Shown: positions 10,600 through 17,338, numbered from the stretch's first letter. The stretch is 24,000 nt of DNA from Pseudomonas sp. (GCF_048265905.1 NZ_JBLXAP010000002.1:103796-127795); one strand, 5' to 3'. The notes: a model not told the origin generated them from the letters alone. Numbers and translations: made by a program.

Positions 10600-11856
10600 C
10601 TAGAAGTAGTAAGGAAATCTGACGCTGAATGTAAAGTCGGGGGCATCAGGTGTCAGGCCGATGGATAGGTTGGGCACGATGCTCAGGTTTTCATCGAACG
10701 CATAGGTCATGCCGATGTTGTAATACGCGGCATTGGCATCACTGCTTGGCACTGAAGTGAAGCTTTGACCTTCAGCTTTGACTTTGCTTTTTTGCGAAAG
10801 CAGTTGCGAGTAAGACATCGACAAGCTCATGCGCTCGTTAAGCGCAAAGGCCATGCCTAAGCCGAATTGGAACCAGTTACCCAGCTGCACCGTTCCGGGT
10901 TGTTTGACCCCGCGGGTGGAGCTGATGTCGCTGTAGTCTTCCTCCAGGTTGTAGGTGTACGACAGGTTGCCGAAGAGCACGGCTGGGTCAACGGTTTTGA
11001 CCAGCGATATGCCTGGCGTAATTGACCAGACGCCGTTGCCGGTTGGCAGCTCTTCTGGAACCGTCAAGTTGTCGTTGCCGGGCACCTGTTGCAGCTTGAT
11101 ACCGTAAGGATCTTTACCTGTAGGCGCCTTGACTCGCAGGCTCAGCACTGCATCTGGGCGGCTTTCTGTTTCAGTCAGGAATTTATAGGCGATACCGGCG
11201 CTGACATCGCCAATTTCAGGGTTGCGGGTGACGGTTTCTTCAGAGATGGATGTGCTCGCGCCGCCTGCGCCAGCCGACTCAAATGTAGTCTCGCGGTACA
11301 CCACAGGCACGTTGAGGTCGAACTGCCAGCGGTCATGCCAGTTATAGCGGCCAGTCAGGTCGAGGGTTAAGGTGTCAGAGTTAATCTGGTCGACACCGAT
11401 GTTGCCGAGAAAGATGGTGTCGAGGGCCAAGAAACCGTTAAGAAACAGTTGCCTGCTGTCGTAGTGGCTGTAGGTCAGGCCTGTTTCGAAACTGAAGGTG
11501 CCCGTACCGAAGAAGCCGCTGGCCTCGTTGTAAATATTCTCAACGCTGCGTGCTGGCGCTGCATCATCTTGCAGGCTGGTGCCGTAACCGGCATCCCCTG
11601 ATTTGGCCACAGTCTCGCTGCGTCCGGTTGCAGGAATCGGGCGAAGCAGTGGTTTTTGAACGGGTTGCGACTCAACTTGTTTGAGTCGTTGCTCAAGCAC
11701 CATCAGGGCTTTTTGTTGTGCGTCGTAGTGTTGTTTGAGTAGTTCGAGTTGTTGTTTTAATGCGTCTACTTCAGCATCAGTTGCGGCCATCAAGCTGGGG
11801 GCCGCAACAGCGCTAGCCGCACACATAACCAAGCAAACAGACAGGTGCTTCGGCAT
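10600..11856 (-). CDS. fapF: Fap amyloid secretion outer-membrane beta-barrel (FapF-like)
   Basis: A 418-aa protein with a signal peptide ([24 protein letters not shown]) and an N-terminal coiled-coil-like segment ([36 protein letters not shown]). A linker and a beta-strand-rich region follow, ending in the OMP-type aromatic terminus ...FSVRFPYYF. It is the last gene in the fapABCDEF order. Confidence 0.8.
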   Translation of the reverse strand: MPKHLSVCLVMCAASAVAAPSLMAATDAEVDALKQQLELLKQHYDAQQKALMVLEQRLKQVESQPVQKPLLRPIPATGRSETVAKSGDAGYGTSLQDDAAPARSVENIYNEASGFFGTGTFSFETGLTYSHYDSRQLFLNGFLALDTIFLGNIGVDQINSDTLTLDLTGRYNWHDRWQFDLNVPVVYRETTFESAGAGGASTSISEETVTRNPEIGDVSAGIAYKFLTETESRPDAVLSLRVKAPTGKDPYGIKLQQVPGNDNLTVPEELPTGNGVWSITPGISLVKTVDPAVLFGNLSYTYNLEEDYSDISSTRGVKQPGTVQLGNWFQFGLGMAFALNERMSLSMSYSQLLSQKSKVKAEGQSFTSVPSSDANAAYYNIGMTYAFDENLSIVPNLSIGLTPDAPDFTFSVRFPYYF

Positions 11857-11904
11857 GGTAAGACTTCCGTTTCAGATCAGTCACAAATCCAGCCTAGACG
11901 ATAT

Positions 11905-12666
11905 TTACAGCCCTGTTGGACGCAAATTGTTAAGTTGGTTCCAATTACAATTCAAACCATTCGCCGTCGGCATATTTTCTTTGAGCAATACGTTGAGCGC
12001 GGCGAAGTTGGTGACAGTATTACGTGAGCCATAAATGTCGGTACGTTGAACTGCGCCGCCTGCGCCAAGCTGCTGCAGACTAGCGCCTTGACCGTTAGCA
12101 TCGATTGCCAACTGCAAGCCGCCACCCATTGGGCTGACCTTTACCGTGCCAAGATCGCTGGTCTGCTGCACACTGCTGACTAACTGTGATCCGGACATGA
12201 CAGCAGGCGCCGTATTGCCGTGGCTGACATCGATATTGAGGTTGTTGTAGCTGGTGTTTAAGTCACCGGCAGAACGGGTCGTCTGCACCACACCCTGAAC
12301 ATTATTGAGGCTGTTGCCACCGCTTAGCTGGCCGGTTCCTTGGGCGGGCGAGTTGCCCACTCCAGCGGCGATAGTTGCGGCCGCAGCATCATTGTTGCCC
12401 TGCTTGAATGTGGTGATGTTGAACACCGGCTTGATGCTTTGCTGGATTTGCATATCAACCTTGGCGCCGAGTACTTGGCCACTCGCGTTTTGCCACGTGC
12501 TGGCCATGGTTACACCAAAATTCACAATTCTTCCTGGCAGTACATAGCGGCCCCGTAGTTGCGATAATTCCTGATCACTCAGTTCAGCAGGAACAAACAG
12601 TCCTGTGGCGTGAAGTGGCAGGCTGGCAACCAGGCAGATGGTTGCCACACACAGTTGAGTCTTCAT
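11905..12666 (-). CDS. fapE: Fap system secreted accessory / minor fibril component (FapE-like)
   Basis: It has a signal peptide (MKTQLCVATICLVASLPLHA) and a Gly/Asn/Gln/Ser-rich body, and sits between the C39 peptidase gene and the barrel gene. I chose ATG 12666 as the start (GGAG 6 nt upstream). The alternative ATG 12678 overlaps the fapD stop (TAATG). Confidence 0.65.
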   Translation of the reverse strand: MKTQLCVATICLVASLPLHATGLFVPAELSDQELSQLRGRYVLPGRIVNFGVTMASTWQNASGQVLGAKVDMQIQQSIKPVFNITTFKQGNNDAAAATIAAGVGNSPAQGTGQLSGGNSLNNVQGVVQTTRSAGDLNTSYNNLNIDVSHGNTAPAVMSGSQLVSSVQQTSDLGTVKVSPMGGGLQLAIDANGQGASLQQLGAGGAVQRTDIYGSRNTVTNFAALNVLLKENMPTANGLNCNWNQLNNLRPTGL

Positions 12667-12677
12667 GTCGTGCTCCA

Positions 12678-13358
12678 TTAAAAGAAGTCACTTTGTATAA
12701 AGCCGAACTCCATCAACTCGGCATCATTCACCGGTTTGAAGCGATCCAGCCGATTGCGCGCAGTTAGTGGCTGCGGCGGGTCAGTGAGTGGGTTATTGCG
12801 GTCATAGCCAGCCCCAATCACTGCGAAAACAATACCGTTCCAACCTTGCTTGAACTCCTCGAGCTTGTAGCGCTTGTGACCCAAGACCGGGTCGCCGATA
12901 TAGGCCCAGTTGTCTTCGGTTTTCTGCAGCACCACGAAATGCTTGTAGCCGCGCACATCGATCAGCACCACCACCGGCACTTTGATTTGTTCAAGTTGTT
13001 CGGCAGGAATGCGATAACCGCGGGCGCGCAGGCCAATGGCTTCGACATAACGCTTCATGTCGAGCATTGAGAAACCCTGGCTGCGAACCAGGTCGAGGTC
13101 TGCTTGTTGCAGCATGCCTTCGATCACGGTTTGTTCATCGATGTCGAAGCGATAACCCTGATACAGAATGGTCGCCAAGGATGCAGCGCCGCAGCTGAAA
13201 TCAGTTTTTTGTTCAATCAGATTGCTAAAGCGTCGTTCGCGAAAGCTCTCGACGTTCTTGAATGCCAAGGCACCACCCGGTAGCACCGGAAAGCCCAGTT
13301 GAGCAGAGTAGGATGCAGGGCAAACCAGCATGATCAGGACAACGAGAAGGGTGCGCAT
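12678..13358 (-). CDS. fapD: Periplasmic C39-family cysteine peptidase (FapD-like)
   Basis: It has a signal peptide and C39 catalytic signatures: Q..DFSCGAASLATIL (Cys), GYKHFVVL (His) and YIGDP (Asp). This is the position of fapD in the operon. Confidence 0.85.
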   Translation of the reverse strand: MRTLLVVLIMLVCPASYSAQLGFPVLPGGALAFKNVESFRERRFSNLIEQKTDFSCGAASLATILYQGYRFDIDEQTVIEGMLQQADLDLVRSQGFSMLDMKRYVEAIGLRARGYRIPAEQLEQIKVPVVVLIDVRGYKHFVVLQKTEDNWAYIGDPVLGHKRYKLEEFKQGWNGIVFAVIGAGYDRNNPLTDPPQPLTARNRLDRFKPVNDAELMEFGFIQSDFF

Positions 13359-13370
13359 AAGTCAGTCCTT

Positions 13371-13406
13371 GTAAAAGAAAGGGACTCCGAAACCTCCGGA
13401 GTCCCC
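13371..13406 (-). terminator. Strong intrinsic terminator or attenuator inside the fap operon, between fapC and fapD
   Basis: The minus strand reads GGGACTCCG-GAGGTTT-CGGAGTCCC followed by TTTCTTTTAC: a 9-bp GC-rich stem, a 7-nt loop and a U-tract. It starts about 10 nt after the fapC stop and ends about 13 nt before the fapD RBS. Confidence 0.75.
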
Positions 13407-13415
13407 AGGACTTGC

Positions 13416-14429
13416 TTAGTAGCGAAGCGACTCGCCGCCGCCAGAACCGCCAGCTGGGCACGAGGTGCAGCCTGCAGCAATCGACAGGGAGTTGCTTTGC
13501 TGGTTACCAGCACCCGCCGCCACGTTGACACCGACGTTACCCGAAACACGGTTCAGTGAGCCGCTGAGCACTGCAGTGTTAACCACTGGAGTGTTGAAGC
13601 CAGCTACAACCGGGATATTGCCTGAGACCACACCGAGCAGGCCGATCACACCTTCTTCGTTGAAGGCCAGTGCGCCGCCGTCATCGTTAAGGTCTTGAGC
13701 GCCTTGGGCGTCGCTATCAAGATCTACGTGACCGGTGTTGCTGCCACCTGGGTGACCTTCACCTTCCCAAGAGTCGAGATAGACATCGCCAATCTGGTCA
13801 GACTTGCCTTTGTAGCCACCAATAGCGGCCATGCCCAAGGTGACTTTTGCAGAGCCATAGTCAAGGGTGGCATTGTTGTTGGTGGTGTTGCCAGAAATAG
13901 ACTGAGTGGCTGTGCTGCTGGCGGTAGAGAACGCGCCGGCAGAGACGGCTGCAGCCATGTCGTTTTTCTGTTGGTTATAAGTACCAGCTGCAATGTTGGC
14001 ACCGACGTTACCACTGGCGCCGTTAAGCGAGTTGGTAAGCGCTGCTGTACTTGGGTTGGAGAAGTTTTTCACGCCGTTGTTGGTCAGCTTCTGGTTAACA
14101 GTAGTTGACGCCTCGGCGGTACCAAAGACAAAGCTTGCATCAGCACTGGCAAGTGCTGCGGCGTTGGCTTGTTGGTTATTGGTACCTGCAACAACGTTGA
14201 TACCGACGTTACCCGAGGCGCCTGCCCCAACGTCATCAACGCCTGCAGCGTTTTCAGTGCCTTCGTTACGTACGCCGTTATTTTTGATGATCTGGGTATC
14301 GTCAACAGTTGCGGATGCACCTGTTTCAGGGAACCAAGATTTTTTTTGATCAGCTTGTACGGTTGTCGCTGCCATGGCTACTGCCAAAGCGAGTGCCAGC
14401 GGCGTCATTACTACCATTTTAGTTTTCAT
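13416..14429 (-). CDS. fapC: Major functional-amyloid subunit (FapC-like)
   Basis: A 337-aa protein with signal peptide MKTKMVVMTPLALALAVAMAATTVQA. It has three imperfect repeats sharing SGNVG(I/A/V)N(V/I)(V/A)AG..NQQ.N, arranged as R1, short linker, R2, ~100-aa linker, R3. A C-terminal CxxC (AAGCTSCPAGG) is present, as described for FapC. Confidence 0.85.
   Translation of the reverse strand: MKTKMVVMTPLALALAVAMAATTVQADQKKSWFPETGASATVDDTQIIKNNGVRNEGTENAAGVDDVGAGASGNVGINVVAGTNNQQANAAALASADASFVFGTAEASTTVNQKLTNNGVKNFSNPSTAALTNSLNGASGNVGANIAAGTYNQQKNDMAAAVSAGAFSTASSTATQSISGNTTNNNATLDYGSAKVTLGMAAIGGYKGKSDQIGDVYLDSWEGEGHPGGSNTGHVDLDSDAQGAQDLNDDGGALAFNEEGVIGLLGVVSGNIPVVAGFNTPVVNTAVLSGSLNRVSGNVGVNVAAGAGNQQSNSLSIAAGCTSCPAGGSGGGESLRY
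13470..13622 (-). repeat. FapC imperfect repeat R3 (approximate bounds; core RVSGNVGVNVAAGAGNQQSNSLSIAA)
   Basis: Protein-level repeat aligned by eye. It is followed directly by the CxxC tail. Confidence 0.7.
13935..14093 (-). repeat. FapC imperfect repeat R2 (approximate bounds; core GASGNVGANIAAGTYNQQKNDMAAAV)
   Basis: Protein-level repeat aligned by eye to R1 and R3. Confidence 0.7.
14130..14288 (-). repeat. FapC imperfect repeat R1 (approximate bounds; core GASGNVGINVVAGTNNQQANAAALA)
   Basis: Protein-level repeat. The DNA core CACCGACGTTACC (plus strand) recurs in all three repeats. Confidence 0.7.
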
Positions 14430-14491
14430 GGTGTATCTCCTTGCCTTGCTGTGTTGGACTTAGGACTTACTCACTTGTGTTGCGCTCAGGG

Positions 14492-15073
14492 TTAATCACT
14501 GACCCTGATACTGAGGTTGTTCCCCATGCGGTTCCCGACCCCAGCACTCTGGTTCAATTGCACGACTCCACGGCTCCCGACAAACGCAGTGTCATCGGTT
14601 GCTACGTGTCGCTCCCCAGTGGAGGGCGCAACTGTTCCTGAGATTTGTGTAATGGCCACGCTTTGCGACAGCACCGAGTCATCCAGGCTGGTTGGCCCCG
14701 AACTCACGCTGATACTTAATGCATTGGCCTGTTGTGTTCCTGCGCCTGCGGATTGGTTGATACCGAGGACGCCGTTACCTGAATTGAATGCGCCAGCCCC
14801 AATGGCCACGCCTGCGTCTTGAGAGCTGTCGACGCCATGAATATTCAGGTTTTGAATTTGTTGGGTCGAAGCGCTGGCGCCGTTACCAATTGCCAGTGCT
14901 CTTGCATTGCTTTGCTGTTGCGATTCGCCAGCCGCTTGGTTGACCGAAACAACGCCCTGATAGTGACTGGCGCTGTTGGTGATATTGGCTTGGTTGATCG
15001 TTTCGGCCAGAGCCGTGGTAGAAAGCGCAGCGCTGCAAACAGCGAGCGTGATTAACAAGGGCAGGGTTCTCAT
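14492..15073 (-). CDS. fapB: Amyloid nucleator-type subunit (FapB-like)
   Basis: A 193-aa protein with signal peptide MRTLPLLITLAVCSAALSTTALA. It has three repeats related to those of FapC: GVVSVNQAAGESQQQSNARALAIG, GVLGINQSAGAGTQQANALSISV and GVVQLNQSAGVGNRMGNNLSIRV. Its start is coupled to the fapA stop (TGAGATG). Confidence 0.8.
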   Translation of the reverse strand: MRTLPLLITLAVCSAALSTTALAETINQANITNSASHYQGVVSVNQAAGESQQQSNARALAIGNGASASTQQIQNLNIHGVDSSQDAGVAIGAGAFNSGNGVLGINQSAGAGTQQANALSISVSSGPTSLDDSVLSQSVAITQISGTVAPSTGERHVATDDTAFVGSRGVVQLNQSAGVGNRMGNNLSIRVSD

Positions 15074-15074
15074 C

Positions 15075-15575
15075 TCACTGGCCTCCGGTAAGCATGTTCA
15101 GAGGTGCCAGTCCGCGTTGAACGGTGCTGTTGATGGTGCTGCCCAGGCCACTGCCCGCGTTGCCGCCTGAATGCCCTGCTGAGCCGGTGTTGGTGGCGCC
15201 TTGATGATTGGCTTGGTCTGTGCCGAGTGCGTTGAAACCTGCAAGATTGCCGTTGGGCAAGATCATCGAGTTGATGCTGGAGCCCGTGGTGATGTTGGCG
15301 AAGTCAGCATCTCCCAGCTCACCACCCATCTGGGTGTTGTTGAGGGTGCCATTGACTGTCGTGACGACTTGCCGAGAAATGTTGGTGTTAACCACCGTTG
15401 GATTGGGGTCGGGAATGTCAGTGGGATGTGTTGCAAGGCGCGGCTGAACCTGGCGACCCAATACGATAATGCCGTCCTGGGCGAACGTAGGTGCAACGTA
15501 GATGCTTGAAAGCATCACAAGCGCTACGGCCAGTAATGACGATTGGAATGACCCTGAACTGTTTGTACGTTCCAT
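15075..15575 (-). CDS. fapA: Secreted, low-complexity protein in the FapA position (putative Fap chaperone/regulator)
   Basis: I placed the start at the internal ATG 15575 (GAAGGA 9 nt upstream), which gives the signal peptide MERTNSSGSFQSSLLAVALVMLSSIYVAPTFAQ. The Asn/Gly/Thr-rich body looks disordered. It is the first gene of the cluster and directly abuts fapB. The assignment rests mainly on position. Confidence 0.6.
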   Translation of the reverse strand: MERTNSSGSFQSSLLAVALVMLSSIYVAPTFAQDGIIVLGRQVQPRLATHPTDIPDPNPTVVNTNISRQVVTTVNGTLNNTQMGGELGDADFANITTGSSINSMILPNGNLAGFNALGTDQANHQGATNTGSAGHSGGNAGSGLGSTINSTVQRGLAPLNMLTGGQ

Positions 15576-15653
15576 GACATCAATTCCTTCTACATCTCTT
15601 CTTGCGCATTGAAGATGTGCAATGCAACTCTGCGGTTGGTTGTGTCGAAGTGT

Positions 15654-15670
15654 TCGCAGGAGTCGTGCCG
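15654..15670 (-). promoter_or_regulatory. Candidate sigma54 (-24/-12) promoter for fapA
   Basis: The minus strand reads CGGCACGACTCCTGCGA, compared with the consensus TGGCACG-N4-TTGCW. GGCACG is perfect, the GG-N10-GC spacing is exact, and there are 3 flanking mismatches. The predicted TSS is near 15644, giving a leader of about 69 nt to ATG 15575. Confidence 0.6.
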
Positions 15671-15689
15671 GAATTGTTTTTTCTTGGAA

Positions 15690-15702
15690 TATCAACGAGT
15701 TA
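15690..15702. promoter_or_regulatory. IHF consensus site TATCAACGAGTTA (WATCAANNNNTTR) between the promoter and the upstream palindromes
   Basis: An exact match to the IHF core consensus with an adjacent T-rich tract (TTGTTTTTTCTT). It is centred roughly at -50 relative to the predicted TSS. Confidence 0.5.
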
Positions 15703-15734
15703 GATTTTGTTGTAGCAGGCGGGGCTAAACACAG

Positions 15735-15752
15735 TGTTTCACCGATGAGACA
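15735..15752. promoter_or_regulatory. Palindrome 1: TGTTTCA-CCGA-TGAGACA (candidate enhancer/UAS)
   Basis: Read directly. It is one of three related 18-bp dyads (TGTTWCA-N4-TGARACA) and lies about 90-110 bp upstream of the predicted fapA TSS. Confidence 0.6.
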
Positions 15753-15814
15753 CTACGGTTTAGGTGTATGAGGTTTATCCGTGTCTGACCAAGCGAGGCA
15801 TGCACTTAACGGGG

Positions 15815-15832
15815 TGTTACACGGATGAAACA
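15815..15832. promoter_or_regulatory. Palindrome 2: TGTTACA-CGGA-TGAAACA (candidate enhancer/UAS)
   Basis: Read directly. Its centre is 80 bp from the centre of palindrome 1. Confidence 0.6.
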
Positions 15833-15887
15833 GTTACGCAGAAAAAGCGGCAAAGCGGCGTAAACAGCGGGTGCTGACTCGCGGATG

Positions 15888-15905
15888 TGTTTCATTGCTG
15901 AGACA
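15888..15905. promoter_or_regulatory. Palindrome 3: TGTTTCA-TTGC-TGAGACA (candidate enhancer/UAS)
   Basis: Read directly. Its centre is 73 bp from palindrome 2, and 15 of 18 positions are identical to palindrome 1. Confidence 0.6.
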
Positions 15906-16151
15906 GACGCGACCAACCAATGAGACCGTTTTATGTGTGAGCGTGATTAACTCGATAAGTTCGGTGCAATTGGCCGGTGTAGATAGGTTGCGGATTGTCC
16001 TGCGGTCAAGGTTGCAGTGCAGCCGGGAGTAGGGGCTGCAGTTTATTTAAATGACGTTGTAACGAATATGGTCTATCCCTCTCTATTGATATGTCGCGCA
16101 CAAACAACTTCTGTGCGGCTGGCGTATTACAATTAATCCGAGGATGTACAC

Positions 16152-16415
16152 ATGACTAACAAAACTACACTTGCTGCTACCGGTGCTGCTATCGCGTTCA
16201 CTGCTGCAACCATGTTTGCAACCATGGCCAGCACTGTTGTTGTCGCTGAAGATTCGCCTGTTCAATGCTTTGGTGTTAACGCATGCAAAGGACAGAATGA
16301 CTGCAAAACTGCTGATAACGCCTGTAAAGGCCAGGGCATCTGTAAAGGCCATGGCTTCAAAGCGATGTCTTTGGCTGATTGCAATGCTGCCAAGGGTCGC
16401 GTTGGCGAAGAGTAA
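16152..16415 (+). CDS. bufA: Bufferin-type RiPP precursor (DUF2282-like / 6-Cys type) with a Sec signal peptide
   Basis: An 87-aa ORF with GAGGA 8 nt upstream. It has the signal peptide MTNKTTLAATGAAIAFTAATMFATMASTVVVA. The core is EDSPVQCFGVNACKGQNDCKTADNACKGQGICKGHGFKAMSLADCNAAKGRVGEE, with six Cys. It lies immediately upstream of DUF692 and DUF2063 genes. Confidence 0.8.
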   Translation: MTNKTTLAATGAAIAFTAATMFATMASTVVVAEDSPVQCFGVNACKGQNDCKTADNACKGQGICKGHGFKAMSLADCNAAKGRVGEE

Positions 16416-16425
16416 GATTGCAGCA

Positions 16426-16463
16426 ACAGGGAGCAGCCATCAGTTGATGGCTGCTCCTGTTTT
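16426..16463 (+). terminator. Stem-loop plus short T-run between the precursor and enzyme genes (candidate attenuator)
   Basis: ACAGGGAGCAGCCATCA / TGATGGCTGCTCCTGT forms a stem of about 16 bp with one bulged G, followed by TTTT. It lies 10 nt after the bufA stop and 30 nt before bufB. Confidence 0.6.
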
Positions 16464-16492
16464 ACTGTCCGGATCTAACCAAGGAGCTTGGC

Positions 16493-17338
16493 ATGCCAGC
16501 TAAGTCAGACTGTCTTGGCTACGGCCTAGGGCTGCGAATTCCCTATTATCAGGAAATCCTGGAGCAACGACCTGATGTCGATTGGTTCGAGGTGATTTCT
16601 GAAAATTTCATGATTGAGGGCGGCAAAGCCCTTTATCACCTGGATGCGGTCGCCGAGCACTATCCAATAGTGATGCACGGCGTATCGCTGTCTATTGGCG
16701 GTCCACACGAGCTGGATCGCGATTACCTCAAACGTCTAAAGCTGCTGGCAGAGCGAGTTAAACCGCAATGGATCTCTGACCACCTGTGCTGGAGCCGCGG
16801 TAATGCCCATCACCTGCACGATTTGCTACCACTGCCTTTCACTGATGAAAGTTTGCAGCACGTAGCGGCGCGAGTTCATCAGGTACAGGACGTTATTGAG
16901 CGTCCGCTGGTGCTGGAAAATGCTTCAACCTATATCCGCAGCGCTGGCGACAAGTTCACCGAGTGGGAGTTTCTCTCGGAACTGACGGCAATCACTGGCT
17001 GCGATTTACTGCTGGATGTGAACAACGTTTACGTCAGTGCGCGTAATCATGATTTTGACCCATGGACCTACATCAGCAGTTTGCCTGTGGATAAAATCCG
17101 CCAGCTGCATTTGGCCGGGCACACCGATTACGGCAATTATCTGATTGATACTCACGATCACCCGGTATGTGACCCTGTTTGGCAGTTGTACGAGCGCACT
17201 ATCAAACATCTGGGGCCGGTCGCGACCATGATCGAGCGTGATGACCATTACCCTCCATTTGCTGAGCTGATGGCCGAACTGCAAAAAGCCCGCGAGCTAG
17301 GCGCTAAAGCACTTCAGGCGGAGTCATTATGCGGTTGA
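16493..17338 (+). CDS. bufB: DUF692 / MNIO (multinuclear non-heme iron oxidative) enzyme, BufB/MbnB-like
   Basis: A 281-aa ORF with AAGGAG RBS. It has the typical DUF692 blocks DWFEVISENF, VMHGVSLSIGG, WISDHLCW, PLVLENAS, LLLDVNNVYVSARNH, LHLAGH, IDTHDHPV and MIERDD. Confidence 0.88.
   Translation: MPAKSDCLGYGLGLRIPYYQEILEQRPDVDWFEVISENFMIEGGKALYHLDAVAEHYPIVMHGVSLSIGGPHELDRDYLKRLKLLAERVKPQWISDHLCWSRGNAHHLHDLLPLPFTDESLQHVAARVHQVQDVIERPLVLENASTYIRSAGDKFTEWEFLSELTAITGCDLLLDVNNVYVSARNHDFDPWTYISSLPVDKIRQLHLAGHTDYGNYLIDTHDHPVCDPVWQLYERTIKHLGPVATMIERDDHYPPFAELMAELQKARELGAKALQAESLCG

Noticed and set aside
13465-14495. Plus-strand ORFs (13465..13698, 13695..14108, 13993..14349 and 14169..14495) opposite fapC
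   Set aside because: They are antisense to a repeat-rich, signal-peptide-bearing gene with clear operon context. Their open frames are a by-product of the Gly/Asn/Ala codon repeats.
13416-15073. Interpretation of the repeat proteins as curli subunits (CsgA/CsgB)
   Set aside because: The Gln/Asn/Gly repeats are superficially curlin-like. However, the neighbouring genes are a C39 peptidase, a FapE-type protein and a coiled-coil barrel, not csgEFG/csgD. The CxxC tail and three-repeat layout also fit FapC.
15576-15695. N-terminal 40-codon extension of the FapA ORF given in the ORF track (start at 15695)
   Set aside because: The extension has no RBS, would bury the signal peptide internally, and overlaps the predicted sigma54 promoter. 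The internal ATG at 15575 has a GAAGGA RBS and gives a proper signal peptide.
16018-16050. Stem-loop TGCAGCC-N9-GGCTGCA followed by GTTTATTT in the fapA-bufA intergenic region, as a terminator or sRNA 3' end
   Set aside because: There is no identifiable upstream transcription unit or promoter on the + strand, the stem is only 7 bp, and it could be fortuitous.
16126-16137. ATTACAATTAAT upstream of bufA as a CopR/CusR-type copper box, and TACAAT (16128-16133) as a -10 element
   Set aside because: Only one half-site (ATTACA) resembles the copper-response box as I recall it, and the partner half is absent. The TACAAT has no acceptable -35 and would leave about 12 nt of leader. The buf promoter remains unidentified.
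16171-16503. 110-aa ORF overlapping bufA in another frame
   Set aside because: It overlaps the well-supported precursor ORF, which has an RBS, a signal peptide and a Cys-rich core. It also runs through the attenuator hairpin and has no support of its own.
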